Source: Chloropicon primus (taxonomy: Eukaryota). Taken from it: DNA of 57,915 bases. Both the position numbers and the translations under genes were made by a program. Below, piece by piece: positions 11,901-23,253 of this stretch. Under the pieces are notes generated by a model that saw nothing but the letters and a program-made list of their open reading frames with translations, was not told where the DNA came from and made no database searches. The number at the start of each line of letters is the position of its first letter. Position 1 is the stretch's first letter. Location of the stretch: contig CP060772.1 in the NCBI GenBank assembly GCA_023205875.1, positions 372,001 to 429,915 on the forward strand, written 5' to 3'.

Positions 11901-13513
11901 GCAAGGTCCCCGATGACCCTTTGTATCAGCTCAAAGAGCTCCTGAACTGACTTGCTCAAGGACGCCGCAACGACTTTGCTGCCCAAGTCACCCGCCGCAC
12001 CAATTTCGTCCATTGCGAGGGCAATGGCATCGAAATCCACGGAATTGTTTTCCAAAAGTCTTTCCTTCACGTAGGTTTCGATCCCGTGCGCCCCCTTGTG
12101 GCCTTCCCACGGCAGCATAGCCTTTGGATCGAAATCCGCCGAAGCTTCGAGGGGGATCCAGCCTAAAAGAGTGTTTGATCTTTGCTTGACATCCCTCAGA
12201 ACTATGGACCCCTCTTGGGTGATCTGAACCGTCTTGATGGTGGCCTCCCCCGATTTACCGCACTGGAGAACCAAGCAGAGCAAGCTCATGCTGATGCCAC
12301 AAACGGATCGGATGACCGAGTATTCCGAGGAGAGATTCAGCACCCCAAACTTGTGCAAGGTCAGCTCGTGCTTGCTGTTGTCGTGGAGCATCTGCATGAC
12401 CAAAAGCCCCAGGGTTCCTTTCCTTGGGTTCGAAAAGTGGATGCTCAGGAGAAGGAAACCTCCCGGCTCCGTTCTGGCTCCGTACTTTTCAAAACCAGAC
12501 AAGGTTGACCTAATCAGGTCGATGCCATCGTCCTCCTGGATCGCCGGTGCCTGCATCTCGGCCTGCAAAGTGAAGGACTTCAAACTCGTGTGAATTTGCC
12601 ACAGCCTAACCATGCCGCTGGCGTGGACCACCAAGACGCACAAGTCGCCAGAAGACGACGTCGTCGTCGACAAAATGTGGATACCTATAATTGACTTGTC
12701 CTGAGCTGACGTCAGTCCGCTGAAGATCCTTTTCATGAGGGGCTCCTTCACCTCACCCCAACCACTGCTGCCCATGATGTCAGCCCCCGCAGCCCCCTCT
12801 TGGTCCTTTGAAAAATCTGTCGCAAGAGAGAGAACGCTCATGTTCCCGCTCTGCTTGCCGATGAGCAGGAGGCAGTCTCCAGAATCGGTCACGCAGCACA
12901 TCATTGTCGTTGGGCTATCCTTGGCAACATGAGCCTCCGCGTTGTAGTGCTGAAGCTGCGAAGGCTGGTACTGCACCTCGACCTCCACCTGGGAGTCGCC
13001 ACCGTGCCCGCCAGTGGCCACGCTCACAAAGAAGTGAAGGGCGTAAACCCAAGCGTCCTCGCAAAATACAAAGAGGACGATCTCCGTGGACGCGGACCAG
13101 GAGCTTGAGCCGTTCACCTCCGCGCCGCAGACTTGAAGGACGTTCGAAGGGAACTCGAACACTTCCTTTGTGAATTTGTCCTTGGTGCTGACGCAGAACT
13201 CCAGCTGCTTCCCTTTGTTGATACCACCGCCGTTGGACGCATCATCCACCTTCCAGGAGGCCACCCCCTCCTTGTGCTTCCCCCCGAGGACCACGAACCC
13301 GTTCCTCTCCCTCGCTCGCGTTCCTCTCCCCTCCTTGCTCACAACCTTCTGTCCCCTCCTCCTTCCCCTTCCATTCCCAACCTCTCTCACCCCACCTGAA
13401 GAGGATCCCGCCCTTCCATCAGTCCCTGGGTCACTCTCTTGACCCTTCCACCTCTGCCACTCTCCACAATACACCAAACCTTCCTCCACCAGAAACGCCT
13501 TCCTCGTCGTCAT
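8987..13513 (-). CDS. NUP160: nuclear pore complex protein Nup160 (Y-complex)
   Basis: About 1500 aa with an N-terminal beta-rich region and a helical C-terminus. Motifs LWTTLFELFLDLKMWNAAY…NP, LYSFY…YAARVM, WGLLKDFLKRFD, VPQWLLDSFK, IPYNMLDAL match recalled Nup160 patterns. Confidence 0.8.
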   Translation of the reverse strand: MTTRKAFLVEEGLVYCGEWQRWKGQESDPGTDGRAGSSSGGVREVGNGRGRRRGQKVVSKEGRGTRARERNGFVVLGGKHKEGVASWKVDDASNGGGINKGKQLEFCVSTKDKFTKEVFEFPSNVLQVCGAEVNGSSSWSASTEIVLFVFCEDAWVYALHFFVSVATGGHGGDSQVEVEVQYQPSQLQHYNAEAHVAKDSPTTMMCCVTDSGDCLLLIGKQSGNMSVLSLATDFSKDQEGAAGADIMGSSGWGEVKEPLMKRIFSGLTSAQDKSIIGIHILSTTTSSSGDLCVLVVHASGMVRLWQIHTSLKSFTLQAEMQAPAIQEDDGIDLIRSTLSGFEKYGARTEPGGFLLLSIHFSNPRKGTLGLLVMQMLHDNSKHELTLHKFGVLNLSSEYSVIRSVCGISMSLLCLVLQCGKSGEATIKTVQITQEGSIVLRDVKQRSNTLLGWIPLEASADFDPKAMLPWEGHKGAHGIETYVKERLLENNSVDFDAIALAMDEIGAAGDLGSKVVAASLSKSVQELFELIQRVIGDLAHQSGHKEPKVEHWLHFLRLYVRFWKQRHSPTSLGLLRTGSDGEDLILAIRSNGSIGILREAEDVDLFQFWNEHESPSLAQLRQAMSCTERLVGAWNKNFSVHLVCLGESPTKVADHVAKAAVQGNLFEKSTLTQADNVERARLGQRLKERRCHLFDLVSTILDIGDLEQVVHSFLDLISMRSGEGGELPQDMDTGRMAKEPSRILGNSLGSLLETLSLSRIELFMNLLITLHLYRFSSQSGAYSVAIRPVSQYCSLGLQSVKVVYLISSRRANSMRRGGMSVGTKRVRLLPGNKARKASAEDQVTYRLQPSLASTMASSKLWEWTSSGNPKQSLLQEALSFCESFGVHSSAGAAGQESVALLSSMMLKTTLCLYALGQTDVIHSILDTCERGISHTPEFRFIRGLGYCAQCAASEALAAEESFFSAVNGIEAGSMDLRQGIHQLKHELQGTTSGASVADFSRLDYYKTITLLFRRVGNLRGAVKFTLAAIAQVRNSSGEVGAEQEQGKLWTTLFELFLDLKMWNAAYVTIIANPVDSSSIAALHTLVITLFEADMVSCLCQLPLVGNRSTDRNSPSGEQMPVFYLSEVENALLWHCDHMSIDNGVNPYLPLYSFYTKLHKHRYAARVMMRYVRRLESGESTDFTIRDMKSHYRALLVAHNSLSLSKEEFRWVENADFVQHARNSESSKQAEEAEENQILTLEMIKCELITSRGRLLCSELSQDHSPSVLFFHKSPIEVFELLAKKGKYKLVTDLAEALPVDRQNEKDMLLDIVSRELARHCVSPVGQGIDSLDAVMSGSGSVAATSQFLGAPQDQSQPWGLLKDFLKRFDDRTCNYRLRLIVTDTLLTERRNICVPQWLLDSFKNDLIERKSFQGYADLLHILLKHELISDASGIAIEMLQTWKILLTDPRERQKSGAMCIPYNMLDALASKLETQHDHGLLEAKAGLEQAIQHHFASMRQESLMLTRKM

Positions 13514-14280
13514 GACGCACCACCACCACCAGCAGCACAGAGGATGAGGTTGAGGATGACAGATGAGCGAACGAACGAACGAAGAGATCCAATCCACCAA
13601 GATCAATCAATCACGCAGATTCTGCTGCTGCTGCTGATGATGATGATGATGGTGATGACGCTGTTGCTCCTCTCCTTCTCCTCCAATCCCTTGGCTCTTG
13701 GTCTGAACGAACGAATGAAAGCAAGCCAATGCTTCCTCGTCCTTGACGAAGGGGATCAACAAGATCGATCGATCGCGGTGACGCTCCTGCTTAAGACGAG
13801 GGACGTTACCACGCGTCAGGCGTTACCTCCTCGCTCCTGCTTCGTCGAAGTGGCTCGTGAACGAATAAACGTACGAATGAATGAATGCAAGCAAGCAAGC
13901 AATGCTTCCTCGTCCTCGACTCCAATGGAACGAGGATGGCGGCAGAAGAGAGACGAAGGGTCGAACAATCGATCGATCGTGTTGCAGATGTCACCTCTCC
14001 GTCGCTTCCTCGTCCAATGGGCAAAGCGCTTCGCGTCCCTTGCGTTCGGGTTCGTCTGTTCTTTCTTTTTGCGAATCGATCGATTTGGGATGGAGCAAGC
14101 TTCCTCGTCCTTGACTCGATTCAAACGAGGATGCCGCCAAAAGAGAGACGACGCGATCGCGGAAACGATCACTCTCGACGGACTCTCCTCTCCTCTCCGA
14201 CCACAACGCCTTAAGACGCTCTCTCTCGCTCTCTTTCTCCTCCTGATCGATCGATCGATCGAAGTGCGCAAAGAGCCGTC

Positions 14281-15006
14281 ACGTTCTGGTGAAGATTTTG
14301 TTTCCCATTCAATCCATCCATCGATCGATCCATTGCATCCGAAGAGAGGTGGAGTAGGGCGACGGTGGACATAGAAGAGGTCGAGAGCGACGGTGGACGA
14401 CGCAGGCAGACGCATCTTCTGCTTCTCTTTCGAAAGAGCCGTCGCACGAGTGGAATGACGTTCTGGTGAAGATTTTGTTTCCCATTCAATCCATCCATCG
14501 ATCGATCCATTGCATCCGAAGAGAGATGGAGTAGGGCGACGGTGGACATAGAAGAGGTAGAGAGCGACGGTGGACGACGCAGGCAGACGCATGTTCTGCT
14601 TGTCTTTCGAAAGAGCCGTCGCACGAGTGGAATGACGTTCTGGTGAAGATTTTGTTTCCCATTCAATCCATCCATCGATCGATCCATTGCATCCGAAGAG
14701 AGGTGGAGTAGGGCGACGGTGGACATAGAAGAGGTCGAGAGCGACGGTGGACGACGCAGGCAGACGCATCTTCTGCTTCTCTTTCGAAAGAGCCGTCGCA
14801 CGAGTGGAATGACGTTCTGGTGAAGATTTTGTTTCCCATTCAATCCATCCATCGATCGATCCATTGCATCCGAAGAGAGATGGAGTAGGGCGACGGTGGA
14901 CATAGAAGAGGTAGAGAGCGACGGTGGACGACGCAGGCAGACGCATGTTCTGCTTGTCTTTCGAAAGAGCCGTCGCACGAGTGGAATGACGTTCTGGTGA
15001 AGATTT
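14281..15006. repeat. 177-bp tandem array, 4 copies plus a partial, with ABAB higher-order structure
   Basis: ACGTTCTGGTGAAGATTT at 14281, 14458, 14635, 14812 and 14989. Alternating variants GAGAGGTGG/GAGAGATGG, GGTCGAG/GGTAGAG, CATCTTCTGCTTCTC/CATGTTCTGCTTGTC. Confidence 0.97.
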
Positions 15007-15010
15007 GAGT

Positions 15011-15562
15011 ATGAAGCGGTTGCTATTGATGCGTCATGCCAAAAGCAGCTGGAAGGTTTCTTGTGGAGACAGAGACCGGCCACTGAGCCCACGAGGGATG
15101 AAGAGCGCAGTAGCAGTAGCAAAAGAGCTCAAGAGGTTGGGATGCCTTCCGTGTTTGGTCCTCTCCAGCGATGCGAGGAGGACCAGGGAAACGTACGCGA
15201 GGATGACATCGATGTGGGCGGACGAAGACTTGCCGGTGCGCGTCGAGTACTTGGCCGAGTTTTATGCCGGAGTATTTGATCGCCCTGCAACGGAGGTGAT
15301 CATGGATGCCGTGTACACGAACGCGAGGAGCGAGGACACGGTCATGGTGCTCGGTCACAACATGGGTTGGGAGTTGGCGCTGAACGAGCTCGTCGGCCCG
15401 AGGGGGAGGGCTGGAGCACCGGTGCTTGAGATGAAGACAGCGGACTGTTTTGTCTTGGAACGGGACATGGAGGAATGGGAGGACATATTCACTTCTTACG
15501 GCAAGTGGGCCATCAGGCACCAGATCAGGTCACGAAACCTGCTGACGACAAAGGAGGGCTGA
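15011..15562 (+). CDS. SixA-like histidine phosphatase (phosphoglycerate mutase family)
   Basis: LLLMRHAKSSW…DRDRPLSPRG, SSDARRTRET, VMVLGHN. Confidence 0.9.
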   Translation: MKRLLLMRHAKSSWKVSCGDRDRPLSPRGMKSAVAVAKELKRLGCLPCLVLSSDARRTRETYARMTSMWADEDLPVRVEYLAEFYAGVFDRPATEVIMDAVYTNARSEDTVMVLGHNMGWELALNELVGPRGRAGAPVLEMKTADCFVLERDMEEWEDIFTSYGKWAIRHQIRSRNLLTTKEG

Positions 15563-15651
15563 GACCCATATACCATACTTGTACATATATTGCTGTAACA
15601 CCATTTTGTTTGCCTCCTCCTCCTCCTGCTCCCCTCGGCTTGGCTCTGGCT

Positions 15652-16995
15652 CTAGATGAAAGGGTACAGAAAGTACTCGGCGTAAAAGAGGTTCCAAATG
15701 AACCTGTAAAAGCCTTTGATGCCCTGCTGCGAGTAACCGGTGTGATGGAGCTTGGTCGCTTGATTGACGAGGAAGAAGGACAGCACCATGTGGCCCACAA
15801 CCATGACGGGGCTGTTGAACATATCTGGCTGGGCCATGCCCAAGAACATGGCCACGAGATAGTTCAGCATCAGCAGAGCTACGGATGCCATGGCGACCTT
15901 TCCCGTCCCGAGCCAGGTAGCGAAGGTCTGCACGTTCTCCTTCTTGTCCCCTTCGACGTCGGGCAGATCCTTCGCGGCCGAGATGATCACCGCGAAGCAT
16001 GTGACGAAGCCTGTGATGAATGCAACGGGAAACTTCCACTCGAAAGGAACGCCAAGGGCAGCACAAGCAGCGTCGTTCACCCCGTAATTCAGCAAGAACC
16101 CCCTGCACAGCACAATGCACGCCATCGCTGGCAGTGGCCTAGAGTCGTGGACAGCGGCGCCGAGTCAGTCAAGAGGGTCCAGGGCAAGGAGCAGACACGG
16201 CGGACTTACCTTTGCTTGAGACGGAGCGGGGGCACGCTGTAGATGGCCCCGATGACGAGGGAGAGAGTGTAAAGCAAGGCGATGTGCTGCCCAAAGAGAG
16301 TGTGCACGATCGTCAGACCGATCAGGCCCAGCGTGCTGATGATCACCCAAGCGGTGGACTGCGACATCTCCCCCGCCGCTATCGGTAGGTAAGGCTTATT
16401 CACCTCGTCGATCCTCACGTCGTAGATCTGGTTGATCCCCACAATGAAGGCGTTCGCGCACAGAAGGGCCACGAGGCCCGCGAAAGCTCGGGGAAGGAGG
16501 ATCCACCTGATGGCGTCCGAGTGCTCGAGCAGGACGCGGGAAGTCAAGGCCACCGATCCCAGAATTGTTCCTCGAATCGTATGGGGCCTTGTGAACTTCC
16601 AGAACGCGTGAAGAAGGCTTGCTTTGGGGGCCGCAGAGGAGCCCTCCCCGCCACCACTGACGTCAGCCGCAGCGCTGCTCGCGGCGACGCTCCGGCTCCT
16701 CTCGACAGCGCCGCTGAGCATCGGCCTCGCCTCCCTCTCCCCCCGCCGCCTGCGACCTGAGACAACGCATACGTGCAGATCGAGAAACGCGTTAGCGACA
16801 ACACGGCAGCAGGTCACCGCCCGAGCAACACTTACTTTGTTGTATCGATGACTGCGGACGACTGCTCACGCAACAAGGGCTTCCGCTTCTCGCCCCTCGA
16901 ACGAATCCAGCGCTCGTTCGAGAAGAGGCATCCCTCGCACCCATTCCTGCCGCCCGAGGCAAGGGCCTGGCACCCGTCACCAGAGCCTGAGACAT
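15652..16995 (-). CDS. HST: homogentisate solanesyltransferase (UbiA family); exons 16995-16836, 16756-16210, 16138-15652
   Basis: FWKFTRPHTIRGT, VGINQIYDVRIDEVNKPYLPIAAG, KDLPDVEGD, FYRFIWNLFYAEY. Both GT-AG introns splice in frame, and exon 1 looks like a transit peptide. Confidence 0.92.
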
Positions 16996-17102
16996 CTCTC
17001 TCTCTCTCTCTCTCTCTATCTCTATCTCTCTCTCCCTATCAGCCCACAAACTCGAACGGCAGCGGCTAGCAACTTCACCAGAGCTTCGTTTCGGACGTGC
17101 GG

Positions 17103-17735
17103 GTGCGCTTTCGAACGCTAGCGAGATGATCTTTCGAATGATCTGTCGCTCGTTCCCTCTTCGTCTCCCCTCGTCCCCTCCTTGTCACGAGCAAACCATC
17201 ATCCGAGGCAATGATTGAGGCACAAAAGTCAGTCCATGAAGCACAGAAACTTCACCATGGCACCAAACTCGTCATGAGAGGTATCGTTGGAAAGATCTGG
17301 AGAATATCTTTCCATCGATACCTCCCTCAACTCCATCGCGTCTCACCTTCACCCCCTTCTCTCCCCTTTCGTTCGCGTCCGATGCCAAAACGGCTGAGAG
17401 CTGAGACAAGCCACTAGTTTAAGATAAGATCAGATTAGAGAAGGCGGAAGGTGAGACTTTCGGGCGAAAGGGGAGGCCAGGGAGAGTTAAAACGGGAAAC
17501 GAGAACAGCGTCACGGCATGCGTTACGATTTACTCTTTCCGATGACCTCTTGTTTGGAAGAAATGGCCCAGTGTTGAGGATGCTGTGAACTGAAAGCTTC
17601 GATTTTTCGTAGTCACCTTTGGGAAGAGGGAGGGAGGGAGAGAGACGGAGGAGGCGAGGACAGGCGAGGGGAGCAAGGGGAGCGGGAGAGAGCGCAACCA
17701 CGCAATAGTACATCTCAAATCATTCGATTGGTAAC
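17103..17735. promoter_or_regulatory. four-site palindrome array in a divergent promoter
   Basis: Right arms at 17131, 17308, 17535 and 17721 (177/227/186). Best copy 17278-17324 has 17-bp arms with 1 mismatch. Confidence 0.6.
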
Positions 17736-17972
17736 CTCCCACGACACGTTTGACTTCTCGAAGCTGCTTGGAAGGAAAGTTTTGGGGCTCGAGTTGGATT
17801 GAGCATTGATTGGATTGAGGAGTAAGTGATGACTTGTTCTTGTCCTCCCTTTGAGTTTTTCGCGGCGTGATTGAGTTTCATGCTCTGCTTTGGTTTTCTG
17901 ACGCTGGTGCTGGATTCAGGTCACCCTCTCTCTCTCTCTCTCTGGTTTGGTTTCGGCAAACAGCAACAGGAG

Positions 17973-18632
17973 ATGGGGGAGCAGGTGAAGAGCAAAGGCA
18001 AAGGCCCGAGTTCTGGAGTGGTTATTGTTGCTGCTGCTGCTGCGCTGGGTGCTGCCCTGGTGTTCCTCAGGGGGAAGCAGAACGAGGGAGGTAGCGGCCC
18101 AAAGAAGGAGGATCAGGCAGGAGGTGCTGCAAAGGTAGCGCAAGCGAAGAGGCAGAAGGAGAAGGCCGCTGCCAAGGCCAAGGCCAAGGCTGCGAAGAGG
18201 AAGGAGAAGACTAAGGAGAAAGAGGCGGAGAAGGAGAAGAAGGCTGTAGCGAAGAAGCAGGCCTCTTTGAAGCCGATGAGCGCTGCCAAGGTTGCCGGAG
18301 GCCGGCGCGTGGCTTCAAAGCACAAGAAGTCGGCGAAGAAGACGACTTCGCTGCCCACGACGACGGCTTCGAAGCTGAAGGACAAGGTGAAGAAGAGGAC
18401 CGGAGGGGTCGACCCGAAGAAGCCAAAGGCTCAGCTCCTACCGAGCGGCCAGGGCCACAAGAGGAGCAATGGGAACGAGGAGGGCAAGGACGAGCAGAAG
18501 GGGGAAGAGGTATATAGCATGGGTTACACATATACCACCACAGTCACTGACGCGAGGGTGCAGGCTGTCTCTGGGAAGCACAAGGCTCTGCTCGCGAAGA
18601 AAATTCCAACCAACGACGACAAAAAGTATTGA
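17973..18632 (+). CDS. Lys-rich hypothetical protein with an N-terminal membrane anchor
   Basis: Hydrophobic GVVIVAAAAALGAALVFL followed by a K/A-rich region; coding-like codon use; stop followed by an AT-rich spacer. Confidence 0.65.
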   Translation: MGEQVKSKGKGPSSGVVIVAAAAALGAALVFLRGKQNEGGSGPKKEDQAGGAAKVAQAKRQKEKAAAKAKAKAAKRKEKTKEKEAEKEKKAVAKKQASLKPMSAAKVAGGRRVASKHKKSAKKTTSLPTTTASKLKDKVKKRTGGVDPKKPKAQLLPSGQGHKRSNGNEEGKDEQKGEEVYSMGYTYTTTVTDARVQAVSGKHKALLAKKIPTNDDKKY

Positions 18633-18667
18633 AAAGGAAACGTAAATTACAACCTTCTCTCTCTCTA

Positions 18668-19193
18668 AGTTCTAACGCCTGAAGAGTTTGCTCACATTCC
18701 CAGCCTCCATCGCTCTCGTCAAAACCTTGTAGTCAATCACCTTGTGCTGGCCCTGGAGGCCCTGGATCGACCTCAAGTCCTCCGCGATCACAGCGGTGGG
18801 CTTCGACGCCCCGAGCTCGAATTTCTCTCTCTTCCTGCGTTTCTTCGGCGCGTCGCAGTCCAGCGTGCTCACCGTGGCGCCGCCTCGCTCCAGTACCAAC
18901 TTGAAGTCCCCCCTCAAAAAGTCCCGGGAGCCGCAGAGCACAAAGGCGTCGCCCTCAAACATTCCTTTCTTGTCGCCCTCGTTGCTGCTGGCACCGGAAA
19001 GGCTGCTGTACACGAGGAGGGACCTCTTCAACTCCACTGGGAATCCGGATTGGATCGACTCCTCCACCCATTGGCGCCTCACGATTGGCCTTCCGGCGCT
19101 CAAACCAAAGAGAACTTTGAGCGTCCTCTTGCGTTCCTTGGCGACCACGACGACTTCGTGCGAGTCCTCGATCTCCGCCAGCTTCTCTGCCAC
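18668..19193 (-). repeat. inverted repeat arm A (copy of 22732-23257)
   Basis: Reverse complement is near-identical to 22732-23257 except for one short divergent patch. Confidence 0.95.
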
Positions 19194-21048
19194 CGTGCCC
19201 CCCTGCGATGCTATCATTTTACAAATTTGCTTCTCCTCCGTGCGTGTGAAGGCCGTGAGAAGGAAGGAAAGGTGTTTGAATATCTCCTCCCCACGCCCCT
19301 GCTTCGTTTGGGCACTTGATGCCTTGACTTTTCGTTGCTCCGCAGCGTACGTTCTCTTCCTGCCTGGATGCTCCTTCCGCTGCGGCTCCATGGGCAAGGG
19401 CGGATGCTCCACCTTCCGCCTCTTCTTCGTGTGAAGAGCCAGCTTCTCGTCATTGCAGGCCAGGCGAGCGTTGGCATTCTGCCTGCGCTTGCTGCATCCG
19501 AAATCAGCTGCATCCTTCTTCTCGGTCTTGGCATCCCCGCCCTCAATTTCTGTCCTTTTCTCCCGCCTCCTGCTGCTGGACTTGCTCGCGACCCTCCCGC
19601 GTGATGTCGAAGTTGAAGCCTCCTTCAACCTCCGATTCTCCTCTCTCAAGTCATTGTTTTCCCTCCGAAGTTTTCGGTTCTCCTGCAAAAGCTCTTCCAC
19701 CCTGTGATTCAGGTCCTTCTCGGCCTCGCTCAAGCGTTTTGGCTTTCCCTCTGCGCTCTTCTGGTCGTTCCGGGCGGGCTCGCGAGATGCCTTGTACTTT
19801 GGGTTGGGAGTCCTGGTGCGCCTGCTGCTGGACAAAATGTGAGACGCGTCCACCGCCGAAGAGGCCAGAAACTTCTGCCACTCCAGTGATGATTTCGACG
19901 ATGACGACTTTGGTTTCTTCTTCTTCTCCTCCTCTCCCGCCGTCCCTGGATGATCTTTGGTGATCGCCCCCGGCCATGCCTCGCTCTCAAGGTGGTTCTC
20001 AAGGTGGTTCTCAAGGTTCTCAGCCCCCTGCTGGACCTTGGCTTCGCTCCCTTCCTCCACGCAATCACGCTCCTTCTTCTCTCCTGCAACTTTTGGCACG
20101 GCCACCGTCTTCTCATCCGAGCCGCCCCGATCGTCGTCCTCTGACGATTTTGGCAACAGGGTTGGTGTGGAGGGCGGCTCCTCTGGGGCGCCGCAGAGTT
20201 TCGGTGGGTCCATGCTACGCCTCTGGGACTGGGACACCGGAGTCTCCGGCACGGGCTCCGTTTCCTCGATGTCATCGATCTCGTCGAGCTCCACTTCGAG
20301 CCCCTTGCCCTCCTCTGGCTCAAAGGTGTCCACAACCTTTTCTGACGACTCGCCTTTCGACTTGAGGTATTCGCCGACGTCCACATCAGTGATGTCGGCA
20401 GGCCCCTGTCTCAGCTGCAGAAGAAAGTCGTTGCTCTTGAACCCAAAGTCATTGATGCCCAAGCCCTTCCTCGCCATGAACAGACGGTACTCGCAGTAGT
20501 TCGTCTGCACCTCCCTTTGCTGATCGCAAGGCGCGGCGCCAGACTCCGCGAGATCGAGCACGTCCTTCACCTCAAGCATGATCACGATGCTTCTCAACCG
20601 CGTGCTCTCGTCCACGTCCCCTTCCTGACCCTCTCCCGCGGTAAAATGCTCATGAAGAGTCTTGTAAGAGTTGGGAACCACTGTGGGATCCAACGAGCCT
20701 AGGATACGATGCAGAGCAAGAAGTACGAACAAAGCAAAGGTTGGAGTCAGGTCTCGACATTCATTCCATTGAGACAGAAGGCACAAGCGTCAACCTACCT
20801 GGAAGCGATGCGGACATCTTCATGAACGTCCCAGAGTCCAAAGGCGTCTTGCTCTTGAAGAGTTCCATGGTCTCATTGGTCTCATCACTCAACCGTTCCA
20901 CTCCCTCCTCCTCCTCAAGGCTTCCATCCATCCCCCTCAACTCTTCCACGAGACTCTCCTTCACTTGGTACTCCTCCACCTCATCCGATAGGATCGCGTC
21001 CTCGCTCCCTTCAGGCGTCAGAGCAAGCACAAGCCCCTCCTCCTCCAT
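18672..21048 (-). CDS. tandem-BRCT protein with acidic and coiled-coil regions (exons 21048-20799, 20698-18672)
   Basis: C-terminal tandem BRCT pattern (IFKHLSFLLT…GGTV…RTLKVLFGLSAGRPIVRRQWVEES; GMFEG…LVLERGGATV); in-frame GTAGGT…CTAG intron. Confidence 0.8.
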
Positions 21049-21308
21049 GACCAACCAAAGATGGCGAAGATGAAGATCTGGATGATGGATGGCGAGATGA
21101 GGATGATCGTTCAACTCAACAGAAAGAGAATGAACAGACGCTTCCGATCACCATCACCAAACACAAAAACAAATGCTTCTCCCTCCAACAGAAACGAATC
21201 CTAAAACGATCTTCGAAGGATCCACCAAAGGATCGAAGATGGAGATGGAGATGGAATTGAATGGATGAACTCCTCTCTGTGTTGCTTCGAGAAAACCCCT
21301 TCAAACGA

Positions 21309-21924
21309 CCACTCGTTCGAAAGAGCGAGAGACGAAGCTTGCGATGGTCCACTCCTCCGCTTCCCTTCCACTCGTTTTCTCGTCCTCCTTCGCAGCGATC
21401 GATCCCTCGCTCGAGTCGAGTCGATTCTTCTTCTCTTCCTCCTCCGCGCAAAGGTTAAGAGAAAGGATGGGTCAACCGACCACTCGTTCGAAAGAGCATG
21501 GGAATACGCTTCCGATAGTCCAAGCCTCCCTCGCCGTTTCCGCCTTCGCCGCCCGCTCTCCCTCTCTCTTTGTCCTTCTCCTCTCGACGCGATCGCGCGC
21601 CAAAAAAAGGAAAGCTGCGCTGCGTTGAGAGCGAGAGCGAGAGGCGTTGGCGATCGATCGATCGCGGCGTGGAGGCGAGGACGGCGAGGAGAGGGGAAGA
21701 GGAGGGTGCAGGACGAAGCGTTGTGTCGAGATCTTTCCAACGATACCTGGATCGAACCATTGGGTGCTCGCATTGGTCGAGGGATCGACTGGGAGGACGG
21801 AAAGGGAAGGAGAGACCATCGGAGTGGCACACCTTCTCGAGGACGGTGACGGTGAGGACGGCGAGGATAGGGGAAGAGGAGGGTGAAGGACGAAGACTTG
21901 GCTCGAGATATTTCGATTGGTGGG
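21309..21924. promoter_or_regulatory. four-site palindrome array in a divergent promoter
   Basis: Right arms at 21337, 21508, 21733 and 21910 (171/225/177). Confidence 0.6.
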
Positions 21925-21969
21925 TCGCTTGCCTGGTTTTGGTTTCGGTATTGATTGAATCCAGTGAAG

Positions 21970-23253
21970 ATGGAGAAGGAGATGGCTGCCTTGGTGAAGG
22001 AGAATGCTCGGCTGAGAGAGGAGAACGCTCGGCTGAGGGAGGTCGCGGAGCGTTATGAGAGGAGCGTTACGTCACCACCGCTGCGGAGAAGGTCTCTTGC
22101 TTCCCCTTCGGTCGCGACGGAGGATGAGGTGACGTGCACGCAAGCAACAGACAGAACAGAAGGCATTCCCATCCCTGGGGTACGTTACGCTTCCCCTTGG
22201 CAAGACTATGGTCCGCCATCGCAGTTGAGTCCTTCGCCGTTGATCCTTCGAAGCAAGAAGCAGGAGATGATGGACAACTACTTGCTCGAGTCCACGCTAG
22301 CCAAGAAGCACCGTGCGCGGGCGGAGGCGAAACCAAAGGTGAGTAGGCGAGAGCCTTCGCTTCCTTCCTTCCTTCCTTGGGCGCGCGGCACGTAACGTTC
22401 GGACTGGAAACTTCACACCACCTCTTGCTGACGCCCTTCCTTGTTGTCCTTTCCGTGCTGCCGGTGGTGGTCCCACGATTGCTTGCAGGTTCAGAAGCAT
22501 GCGATGGGGAAGGAGAACTGCGACGACGGGGGTGGGGAGGCGTTCCAAGCTCGGGGAGAGGAGCTGGAGCTCAAAGGGGGAGCACGCGAGAACGTTGAGG
22601 TGGGGGCACCGAAAGCAATGCAGGCGCGGGATCCACGCGAAATCTTCCGAGGCCAATTGTTTTTGATCTCCGGATTCTCTGCCACCGAGACCGACGTTCT
22701 CGTCGACCGAATTCTGAACCACGGTGGCTCCGTGGCAGAGAAGCTGGCGGAGATCGAGGACTCGCACGAAGTCGTCGTGGTCGCCAAGGAGCGCAAGAGG
22801 ACGCTCAAAGTTCTCTTGGGCCTGACCATTGGCTTTCCTATCGTGAGGCGCCAATGGGTGGAGGAGTCGATCCAATCCGGATTCCCAGTGGAGTTGAAGA
22901 GGTCCCTCCTCGTGTACAGCAGCCTTTCCGGTGCCAGCAGCAACGAGGGCGACAAGAAAGGAATGTTTGAGGGCGACGCCTTTGTGCTCTGCGGCTCCCG
23001 GGACTTTTTGAGGGGGGACTTCAAGTTGGTACTGGAGCGAGGCGGCGCCACGGTGAGCACGCTGGATTGCGACGCGCCGAAGAAACGCAGGAAGAGAGAG
23101 AAATTCGAGCTCGGGGCGTCGAAGCCCACCGCTGTGATCGCGGAGGACTTGAGGTCGATCCAGGGCCTCCAGGGCCAGCACAAGGTGATTGACTACAAGG
23201 TTTTGACGAGAGCGATGGAGGCTGGGAATGTGAGCAAACTCTTCAGGCGTTAG
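21970..23253 (+). CDS. tandem-BRCT paralog (exons 21970-22338, 22489-23253)
   Basis: Short coiled coil (ENARLREENARLRE), in-frame GTGAGT…TTGCAG intron, C-terminus almost identical to that of the 18672-21048 gene. Confidence 0.8.

Noticed and set aside
14281..15006. Centromeric satellite (monomer length like plant CEN178)
   Set aside because: Only 4 copies, between two genes and ~43 kb from a telomere; length similarity alone is not evidence.
13816..15122. 376-aa and 303-aa repeat ORFs
   Set aside because: By-product of the 177-bp (59-codon) non-coding array in a divergent promoter.
17278..17324. Palindromes as integron attC / recombinase sites or Rho-independent terminators
   Set aside because: No recombinase or cassette structure and no U-tract; the copies sit at 5' ends of conserved eukaryotic genes.
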